DNA of 15,563 bases, taken from assembly GCA_048884785.1 (NCBI GenBank), contig JBHLQM010000022.1:1-15563 (forward strand), read 5' to 3'. This stretch comes from Candidatus Thorarchaeota archaeon. Its GTDB lineage: Archaea > Asgardarchaeota > Thorarchaeia > Thorarchaeales > Thorarchaeaceae. Numbering within the stretch: the first letter of the stretch is position 1; every line of letters begins with the position of its first letter. The position numbers and the translations under genes are program-made. The notes below the pieces were generated by a model, which had not been told where the DNA came from, searched no databases, and saw only the letters and a list, made by a program, of their open reading frames with translations. This document shows positions 1 to 7,049 of this stretch, in pieces.

Positions 1-24
1 CCGCTTTGAAAAGGATGGAAGGAG

Positions 25-3000
25 TCAATAGATACCACGGGGGAAGTCTTCAGATAGCACTCTCTCTAAACAATGCACGAGCTGGTCAGCATTATTCCTG
101 GTAAAGACCATGGGGGGTTTTATTTTCAGGACATTATGATAGGTTCCATCAACGCTCATCAAGACTCCGAGTTCTCTCATCCTGTTCACAATATACAATG
201 CTTCATCTCTTGCTGGAGTCAAGTTTTCCGCATTCGCAACTACCAACTCGATTCCAATGAAAAGACCAATCCCACGAACATCTCCTATTGTCAAGTGTTT
301 TTCTTTTAGTTTGAGAATCTCTCCTATCAAATATTCTCCAACAGTAAGTGCATTCTCTTGAAGTTTCTCACGCCTGATAACATCAAGAACTGCAAGACCA
401 GCGGCGCAAGAGACTGGATTGCCTCCAGTAGTACTGAAGAACTCCATTCCATTATTGAATGACTCGGCTATCTCAGAAGTTGTTACCACTGCGCCAAGAG
501 GGTGTCCATTTCCAATTGCTTTGCCCATTGTTACTATGTCTGGAATCACACCCTGAGTTTCAAATCCCCAGAAGTGCGTACCCGTCCGACCAAACCCGAT
601 CTGCACTTCATCTGCAATGCAAACTCCGCCAGCATCTCGAACATGCGAATAAACATGTTTGAGATAGCCATCAGGCAAAACAATCTGTCCGGCACAGCTC
701 ATAAGAGGCTCACACAGAAAGGCTGCAATAGGATGATTCCGATCTGCGATAGTTCGAATGGCGGTTCTCACATCTTCTCCATAATTTGCCCCGACATTCA
801 ATTCTGTCTTCTTGAAAGGCCCTCTATAAACATCTGGAGTAGGAACTGACTCGACATTGGCCGGTTTCCCCGCGCCACCAGGTCCATCATGCTTGTAGGG
901 ACTCAAATCTATTAGTGAGCCAGTGTTTCCATGGTAGGCCCCGTCAATCACAATGAAACCATCTCGTTTCGTATGAGCCCGGGCCAGCCTAAGCGCTAGT
1001 TCATTGGCTTCGCTCCCACTATTCACAAAGAAGCAAACACTGAGTGAATCGGGCAGGGTTGAACAGAGAGCTTCAGCATATCTGACAAGATTTTCATGGA
1101 GGTATCTGGTGTTGGTGTTCAATACCTTAGATTGCTTTTGAATTGCCTTTACTACATCAGGGTGAGAATGCCCAACATGAGGCACATTATTCACAGAATC
1201 CAGATAGGGTCTTCCGTCTTCATCGTAGAGATACTGCATATATCCTCTCACAATCTTGAGGGGTTTTCTGTAGGACACACTAAGATTTCTCCCCATATGC
1301 TCATGTCGTGAATGAATAATCTCATCCATGGTCATTTTTTCAGGTGGGAAGCGATTCAAAGGTATTCCGAGAATCAGATTAGGATCCGGGCACAGATTGG
1401 TCCAGAGGTTTCTCTGACTTGTCCAGCAAACACCATAATAATCGCCAGAAAAGTCGAGCATATCCAGAATAATCTGGAAATGAAGATGCGGGGGCCAACC
1501 TCCGTTCTCAGGATATTGTCCAACATCAGCAAGTTCCTGTCCACAGGAAATATGTTGACCAACCTCCAGGCGCGCAATTGACTCTTTTGAGAGATGGCCG
1601 TATAGTGTGTAGAACTTCAATCCATTAGGGATTCCGTGTTCGAGAACAATAGTGGGTCCATTATCATACGGGAGGTCATTGTTCTTGAAAGAGTGGACAA
1701 TCCCCTCCAATGGTGCGTAAATTTTGGTTCCTTCTCTAGAAAACAGATCAACGGCAATATGTACCGTTCTAGACTCATCACTGATGCCAGGAGTTGAGTA
1801 CTGAGGACCTGCATAAATCATCCTGGCTTCATTATATCTCCCGATACCAACCTTTGCCTGGTCTTCCTCTAGTTTGGCATTAACAATGCGTGTAAAAACA
1901 TCGATATCTGTCACATCGGAGGGTATTGAATAGTCAGAACTTCCAACGCTCAAGTCGAGTATTGTGGTTGGGATCTGATCCCAAGAGCTACCCAGAATGT
2001 GAGCAAACTGATCCTGGTTGCTTTCTATCCATTCAACAAGGGCTGAGCTTTCGGGATGAGGGGAAAGGCCGCAAACCGAACGAAATGCATACCAAGCCTG
2101 CCTATGATTGTAGGCTCTAAATCGCATTAGGACATTCCAGGCAGGAGCTTCGGAGATTCTCAAATACTCATTATCTGGCTCTAATGTACTTTGATATGCT
2201 GATATACAAACACTCGCAGCTAATCGCATACATATCAGCGGAAAGAGCAACTGAATCTCGTCTTCTGTCAAGGGATACAGTTTGTGGTACCCAGCAACAA
2301 CCTGCAAAGCAGCCGCCATTGGATCCGATTTGCCTAATATGGCGTATGCAGTAGCTATGGCTATCTCAAACACTGTTGCAGTATACACCATATCACCGAA
2401 GTCGAGAATGCCAAAGCTTCTCTTTTCATCGGACCAAGCATTATTCACCAGGATATTGTAATCATTTGCATCATTATAGACTACACTCTGCCTAAGGTCA
2501 GTAATCCTAGGAAGGACCTGATCTTCAAATAGACTGTTAATGTAATTGACAATCTCTCTTCGTGTTTCGTCAGTGATAAGACTCCGATACTCTGCTACCG
2601 CCTTAGGGGCATTTTGAAGGTCCCAGTAGAAGTCTCGATGGGCCGCAGGATGGTCAAATCCTTCTAAGCCTTTACTTAACATCCCCATAGTTTCCCCAAA
2701 GTCATGAAGTAGCTTCGGAGTATGGGGATTCACCTTTGCTAGAACTCGGCCCTCGATGTATGAGAAGACGCGTGTAAAGTGAGGCTGACCAATGTCATCG
2801 ATAGTTTCTATGATGTCCTTCCCATTCTGAGATAAAACAACACGAGGAACTGAAAGCGAGGGCGCATGATCTTTGAGATGTGTAAGGGCTTGATTTTGCG
2901 CTTCCAGATTCTCGCGAACCTCTGAGGTGGCTGATATCTTCAGAACAAATTTCAGACCTGCATCCGTCTGAATGAGAAAATTGCGGTCGCGTTCGCTGGG

Positions 3001-3099
3001 CAATTCATTGATTGTTCCTGAAATGCCATAATATCGTGAAGCAATCTCCAATGCATGGTCCAGTGTAAAGGGAGGCCTCGAATTGTCCTTTGATGACAT
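25..3099 (-). CDS. Three-domain fusion: aminoglycoside-phosphotransferase/hydroxylysine-kinase-like domain + M23 metallopeptidase-like domain + class-III PLP aminotransferase/phospho-lyase (AGXT2L/PHYKPL-like)
   Basis: 1024-aa ORF. Kinase motifs: [23 protein letters not shown] (Brenner-type), GILDFGD (aa ~1-340). M23 motifs: HIAVD (H447/D451), LYGHLS, PHLHFQ (aa ~440-580). Class-III PLP motifs: [60 protein letters not shown] (PLP lysine). Confidence 0.92.
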   Translation of the reverse strand: MSSKDNSRPPFTLDHALEIASRYYGISGTINELPSERDRNFLIQTDAGLKFVLKISATSEVRENLEAQNQALTHLKDHAPSLSVPRVVLSQNGKDIIETIDDIGQPHFTRVFSYIEGRVLAKVNPHTPKLLHDFGETMGMLSKGLEGFDHPAAHRDFYWDLQNAPKAVAEYRSLITDETRREIVNYINSLFEDQVLPRITDLRQSVVYNDANDYNILVNNAWSDEKRSFGILDFGDMVYTATVFEIAIATAYAILGKSDPMAAALQVVAGYHKLYPLTEDEIQLLFPLICMRLAASVCISAYQSTLEPDNEYLRISEAPAWNVLMRFRAYNHRQAWYAFRSVCGLSPHPESSALVEWIESNQDQFAHILGSSWDQIPTTILDLSVGSSDYSIPSDVTDIDVFTRIVNAKLEEDQAKVGIGRYNEARMIYAGPQYSTPGISDESRTVHIAVDLFSREGTKIYAPLEGIVHSFKNNDLPYDNGPTIVLEHGIPNGLKFYTLYGHLSKESIARLEVGQHISCGQELADVGQYPENGGWPPHLHFQIILDMLDFSGDYYGVCWTSQRNLWTNLCPDPNLILGIPLNRFPPEKMTMDEIIHSRHEHMGRNLSVSYRKPLKIVRGYMQYLYDEDGRPYLDSVNNVPHVGHSHPDVVKAIQKQSKVLNTNTRYLHENLVRYAEALCSTLPDSLSVCFFVNSGSEANELALRLARAHTKRDGFIVIDGAYHGNTGSLIDLSPYKHDGPGGAGKPANVESVPTPDVYRGPFKKTELNVGANYGEDVRTAIRTIADRNHPIAAFLCEPLMSCAGQIVLPDGYLKHVYSHVRDAGGVCIADEVQIGFGRTGTHFWGFETQGVIPDIVTMGKAIGNGHPLGAVVTTSEIAESFNNGMEFFSTTGGNPVSCAAGLAVLDVIRREKLQENALTVGEYLIGEILKLKEKHLTIGDVRGIGLFIGIELVVANAENLTPARDEALYIVNRMRELGVLMSVDGTYHNVLKIKPPMVFTRNNADQLVHCLERVLSEDFPRGIY

Positions 3100-3157
3100 G
3101 TACTACTCAATGTGCCGCTCTTCAATTCAATTTTTCCAATCGAAGATTGAGATAATC

Positions 3158-4015
3158 CTAGGAACCTAATCCTGCAAGGTTCAGACTGATATTCCATAAG
3201 CGAAGAGCAGCGGACTCATCATAAGAATCAGGCGATGACTTGGTTTCCTTCATCTTCTCGAAGTATTTACCGGTGATATCAGCAACTTCGTCGGAGGATG
3301 CTAGATAGACAGGGGTTTCAGCACCCTTTTCAGGCTTGCTAAAGAACCTGCTAAATAGTCTGTATATCATCAATGATGACCGAGGATAGTTTGGATCTTT
3401 CTCAATAAGTCCTGTGGCTATTGCACCGGGGTGCAGGCAATTTGAAGTGACTCCGGTACCTTTGAGTTTTCTTGCCAGTTCGTATGTAAAGAGCACTAGA
3501 CCAAGTTTTGCCATGTTGTTAGCTTTGGTCCCACTGTAGTCCTGTTCAGACATTAGGTCATCAAAATTCATGGTTGCCTTCCTGTGATATGCCCCCGCTA
3601 CATTAACAACCCGCGATGGCGCGTTTGCCTTGAGAACATCGAGCAGAAGATTGGTCAGGAGAAACGGAGCGAGATAGTTTACTGCAAAAGTCGTTTCTAG
3701 TCCATCCTCAGTAATCGATCGCACTGTCGAGTAAGTTCCTGCATTGTTGACTAGAACGTGAAGTTGATTATACTTGCTCTTGAATTCCTGCACGAGTTGG
3801 CGAATATCTTTCTGAGAGGATAGATCTGCTACTATAAGATCTACGTTGGAATTGCCGCTTGCAGCAATAATCTCTGAAACAACAGCCTTTCCACGGTCCT
3901 TATTCCTTGCAACTATCACAACCTGTGCATTCATTTTTGCCAATTCGAGAGCCGTTGCCTTTCCTATTCCGGAACTTGCACCTGTAATAAGACAGATTCT
4001 GTCCTTCATGCTCAT
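3158..4015 (-). CDS. Short-chain dehydrogenase/reductase, retinol-dehydrogenase-like subfamily, probably NADP(H)-binding, with atypical catalytic residues
   Basis: TGASSGIG glycine motif, ARN after beta-2, ADLSS, NNAG, TEDGLETTFAVNYLAPFLLT, LHPG, PEKGAETPVYLASS, GKYF. AAGGTGG RBS-like motif just upstream of the ATG. Confidence 0.93.
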   Translation of the reverse strand: MSMKDRICLITGASSGIGKATALELAKMNAQVVIVARNKDRGKAVVSEIIAASGNSNVDLIVADLSSQKDIRQLVQEFKSKYNQLHVLVNNAGTYSTVRSITEDGLETTFAVNYLAPFLLTNLLLDVLKANAPSRVVNVAGAYHRKATMNFDDLMSEQDYSGTKANNMAKLGLVLFTYELARKLKGTGVTSNCLHPGAIATGLIEKDPNYPRSSLMIYRLFSRFFSKPEKGAETPVYLASSDEVADITGKYFEKMKETKSSPDSYDESAALRLWNISLNLAGLGS

Positions 4016-4018
4016 TTA

Positions 4019-4026
4019 ACCACCTT
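4019..4026 (-). promoter_or_regulatory. Ribosome-binding site of the SDR gene
   Basis: The minus strand reads ...gatAAGGTGGttaaATG, a GGTG core a few nt before the start codon. Confidence 0.55.
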
Positions 4027-4302
4027 ATCTGATTAAATATCAAATCAATTTGAAGCGGAAGAAACTTTGAATCTTCTCAGGAGCACACACTGAATTGTCT
4101 AGCAGTGGAGTCCTGTAATGATTGAGTTTCGAAGCGTAACTAGTTCTTAAGGATTCCCTTTCAATGTGTCACCTATATTAGTATTTCATTCGGCAAGCGG
4201 TCTTCATTTATTCCTTCTCCGTTTCTTCAATGATTGATTCCTCGACTAGCTTAGCATACTCATTCGACCTATCATGGATGCGTCCGTATCTATGAGGTGA
4301 AT

Positions 4303-4863
4303 TCACTCTTCTTCTGAATCATATTTCAGTGAGAATCTATGTTCAATCCAACTTGAAACATCAACACCACTAGGGCTATTAGGCCTAGCACCTTTGCTGG
4401 GATTCTCGCGTCTTCGTCTTTCCATCTCCTCAGAAAAGTCCTTCACTACAAGTATGCTGCCATCCTGAATCTGTAAGTCAATCACTTTTCTGAAGGCGAT
4501 TGCGCGCTGGAAACCCATGTGGACATACATCTCGGGAATGAAATCCTTGGCAAGCATAATTGAACCTGTGAAATGAGTCTTCAAGCGAAGGCCTTGGTAT
4601 CCAAATTTGAAGAGATCTTCTATTGGTTCTGGTTGTACACCGTTGATGGGCTTTGGATCGTTGACATTTATCTTCATGGCGTTAAGAAGCAATTCCCCAT
4701 CCACACAATCGTAGTACATGATATAGCCCCTCCAACATGCAGTGCACGTAGAGTAGGCCTTCATTCCAAAATCGCTCGGCTCATAGAAACCCTCTCCATC
4801 CCTGCCAATGAGGAAGTAGACCTCCCCTTCATACTTAAACTCGTCTGCCATCTGTGCGGTCAT
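4303..4863 (-). CDS. Conserved hypothetical protein (MTAQxxD...CTACWRGY type)
   Basis: 186-aa ORF co-oriented with its neighbours, with globular composition. The N-terminal MTAQ..D...Y.G..Y and TACWRGY motifs resemble an uncharacterised prokaryotic family (from recall, not searched). Confidence 0.8.
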   Translation of the reverse strand: MTAQMADEFKYEGEVYFLIGRDGEGFYEPSDFGMKAYSTCTACWRGYIMYYDCVDGELLLNAMKINVNDPKPINGVQPEPIEDLFKFGYQGLRLKTHFTGSIMLAKDFIPEMYVHMGFQRAIAFRKVIDLQIQDGSILVVKDFSEEMERRRRENPSKGARPNSPSGVDVSSWIEHRFSLKYDSEEE

Positions 4864-4920
4864 TGCGAATCAGGAATTAACCATAGGCATTCTACATAAA
4901 CTAATGTTGTAGAGTGGTAT

Positions 4921-5439
4921 CTACTTCTTTACATGGGGGATCTTTTGATTCAGTCGAATCCGTGTTGTATCAAGATATGTATCCATAACAAACATTGTCA
5001 GGGTTCTATCAACAGCTGGTATCTGCCTGAGAAAATCAACAATGAATCCATTGATTTCTTCAACGTCGCGTGTTCGTACTTTCAGAAGAACATCCCACTC
5101 ACCACTCAGAACATGAACACTCTGCACGAACGGATGTTCTGCAATATCCTTGCAGAACTCTCGTTGAGAGATGAGGTCCCTTCGACCTGGCACTCGATAT
5201 TGAATTCTTACAAGAACCATGGCCAACGTTGGCTTTCCCACTTTCGCACCATCAATCACCGTGGTGTACCCTTTGATTATCCCATCAGACTCCATGGCGC
5301 GAATTCGCTTGTGAACTGTGGATATTCCTCTATCAACAGCTTTTGCGATTTCTTTTATGGTCATACGAGCATCTGACTCAAGAAGTGATAGAATTTTTTC
5401 GTCCGTTTTGTCTAGTTCTATAGAAATTTTTTCACTCAT
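4921..5439 (-). CDS. Lrp/AsnC family transcriptional regulator
   Basis: N-terminal HTH LDKTDEKILSLLESDARMTIKEIAKAVDRGISTVHKRIRAMESDGIIKGY; C-terminal RAM domain with SGEWDVLLKV and IPAVDRTLT. Divergent from glnA across a 76-bp spacer. Confidence 0.95.
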   Translation of the reverse strand: MSEKISIELDKTDEKILSLLESDARMTIKEIAKAVDRGISTVHKRIRAMESDGIIKGYTTVIDGAKVGKPTLAMVLVRIQYRVPGRRDLISQREFCKDIAEHPFVQSVHVLSGEWDVLLKVRTRDVEEINGFIVDFLRQIPAVDRTLTMFVMDTYLDTTRIRLNQKIPHVKK

Positions 5440-5515
5440 ATGCCAATTTTACTAGAAAAAAGTGAAATACTTTTCGGATTCTATAGGATAATCTTATACA
5501 ATAAACTCGAGATGC
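5416..5515. promoter_or_regulatory. Divergent lrp/glnA control region with candidate Lrp-binding boxes and a TATA-like element
   Basis: AT-rich. Related boxes TTCTATAGAA (5416), TTTACTAGAA (5448) and TTCTATAGGA (5479); TTATAC at 5494. Confidence 0.5.
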
Positions 5516-6841
5516 ATGGTTCAAGACCATTGGGTGAATTTGATGAACGACAAGCCTCGAGACCCTGATTTTCTACGAATCATGTTCACTTCGCTATTGG
5601 GCACTACCCATAGCATTGAGGTGACATATGACCGTAAGGAAGAGGTCTATGAAGACGGAATCTGCTTCGATGGTTCGTCCGTACCAGGATATGCTCAAGT
5701 GAATTCAAGTGACCTCCTCCTACGCCCCATCTACGGGAATCCAATTCCAGCCCCTTGGGATCCCCATATGGAGATAGTTCCATGCCGTGTTTATGAAACC
5801 GCCGGACTACCTCATAGGAACGATCCTATCAACATACTAACAAGATTCTCAAAGGATGCGGAAAGACAAGGATTCCGACTATTAGCTGGCTTCGAGCTGG
5901 AATTCTTCCTTGTCAATAGAAAGGGCACATCCATTTCTCCTGCAGATTATGGAGGATACTTCGCAACGGTTCCTTCGGATTTGGGTCTAGCATTCAGACG
6001 AGAAGTCATGATGACTCTCAGAGGAATGAACATAGCTACAACGACACATCACCATGAGGTAGCCATGGGTCAACATGAGATTGGCTTTCAACACAGTCAG
6101 GCAATTGATGCAGCTACATCATTGATGCTTGCACGACATGTCATTGCAGAGATAGCTGTGCGACATGGCTTTTCAGCCACATTCATGGCAAAACCCTTTG
6201 TATCAATGAACGGAAGTGGCATGCACATTCATCAGAGTCTCTGGACTCCCGACCTTACCAAAAACCTCTTTGCAACTGAGAAGTCATCCGAGATTTCTGA
6301 TATTGCAGAATATTATGTTGCAGGAATCCTAGAGGACGCAAGGGCCCTTTCTGCAATAGTTGCACCTACTGTCAACTCATTCAAGAGACTGGTCCCAGGT
6401 TTTGAAGCACCTACCAGGATTGCGTGGGGCCCACGGAATCGGACAACAATGCTCAGGATACCACACTTCAATGGATCAGCCAGAAAGGCACGAATTGAAT
6501 TCAGATGCCCAGACCCTTCGAGCAGTCCGCACCTATGCCTTGCTGCAATTATGGCGTCTGGGCTTCGAGGGATTCAAGAGGAGAAGAAAGCTCCAAATCC
6601 AACCGCTGAAGACTTATTCCATAGTACCTCAGAAGTAGGCTCCCTGCCGGGATGCCTAGGCGATGCGCTTGAAGCTCTTGAATCGAATTTAGCAATTAGA
6701 CAGTCTCTTGGAGAAGATGTGATTGATACTTTTCTATCTCTGAAAAGAGCGGAATGGAATCGCTATGTTCAGACGACAGGAGACCCCGGCCCCTCTGATA
6801 TAACAGATTGGGAATTGCGTGAATATCTGGATTGCAATTAG
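5516..6841 (+). CDS. glnA: Glutamine synthetase type I (GSI-alpha-like)
   Basis: FDGSS, GFELEFF, GGYF, HHEVAMGQHEI, FMAKP...NGSGMHIHQS, NSFKRLVPGFEAP, NRTTMLRIP and RIEFRCPDP retain the metal, ATP, glutamate and ammonium-site residues. An alternative start at ATG 5543 has GGTGA at 5533-5537 upstream; the 5516 start keeps an N-terminal segment of usual length. Confidence 0.93.
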   Translation: MVQDHWVNLMNDKPRDPDFLRIMFTSLLGTTHSIEVTYDRKEEVYEDGICFDGSSVPGYAQVNSSDLLLRPIYGNPIPAPWDPHMEIVPCRVYETAGLPHRNDPINILTRFSKDAERQGFRLLAGFELEFFLVNRKGTSISPADYGGYFATVPSDLGLAFRREVMMTLRGMNIATTTHHHEVAMGQHEIGFQHSQAIDAATSLMLARHVIAEIAVRHGFSATFMAKPFVSMNGSGMHIHQSLWTPDLTKNLFATEKSSEISDIAEYYVAGILEDARALSAIVAPTVNSFKRLVPGFEAPTRIAWGPRNRTTMLRIPHFNGSARKARIEFRCPDPSSSPHLCLAAIMASGLRGIQEEKKAPNPTAEDLFHSTSEVGSLPGCLGDALEALESNLAIRQSLGEDVIDTFLSLKRAEWNRYVQTTGDPGPSDITDWELREYLDCN

Positions 6842-6843
6842 AA

Positions 6844-6887
6844 TGAGTTGCCTCTCCTGCCTCGGTCCTGCAGGTGTAGGCAATTCA
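6844..6887 (+). terminator. Strong stem-loop immediately after the glnA stop (terminator, stability element or part of a structured RNA)
   Basis: TGAGTTGCCT (6844-6853) pairs with AGGCAATTCA (6878-6887, one G-U), plus CCTGC (6856-6860) with GCAGG (6870-6874) and a 9-nt loop. There is no U-tract, so the function is uncertain. Confidence 0.4.
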
Positions 6888-6981
6888 ACTGCCTCTTCGA
6901 ATGTCTTCGATAAATCGAACAACTAGATTCCAGATTATCTTATATTATGATGAAATAGATTTGGACTGACCAAAGGGACCG

Positions 6982-7008
6982 TACTAGTCTGAACTATGTA
7001 GACTAGTA
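6982..7008. repeat. Perfect 9-bp inverted repeat upstream of the giant gene
   Basis: TACTAGTCT (6982-6990), 9-nt spacer, AGACTAGTA (7000-7008). It extends with bulges via ACCG/CGGT and AAGG/CCTT to about 6973-7023. Confidence 0.8.
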
Positions 7009-7049
7009 GCTCGGTAGTTCCTTGAAGTTTTCATAAAGAGGCACCTATA

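Noticed and set aside
73-3197. Short ORFs overlapping the fusion gene (73-309, 459-662, 502-849, 1096-1311, 1312-1581, 1374-1577, 1617-1814, 1926-2120, 2952-3197)
   Set aside because: They are antisense or off-frame shadows of a well-supported CDS and have no recognisable motifs.
4573-5376. Plus-strand ORFs 4573-4899 and 4933-5376
   Set aside because: They are antisense to the hypothetical and Lrp genes and show no protein-family features.
5516-6841. Gamma-glutamyl-amine ligase (PuuA/GlnA-like) rather than true GS
   Set aside because: The ammonium-site and flap residues (FDGSS Asp/Ser, GGYF Tyr, GFEAP Glu) are retained, which favours a true glutamine synthetase.
6843-6887. SECIS element (ATGA at the base of a 3'-UTR hairpin)
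   Set aside because: The 3' arm has no GA to form the tandem G-A core, and glnA has no in-frame TGA (it ends in TAG).
6360-6922. ORFs 6360-6638 (+) and 6734-6922 (-)
   Set aside because: Both overlap glnA. The second has a non-ATG start and runs through the hairpin region with no supporting motif.
6890-7043. MITE bounded by TGCCTCTT/AAGAGGCA
   Set aside because: The inverted ends are only 8 bp, there is no target-site duplication (flanks CAAC and CCTA) and no transposase in the window.
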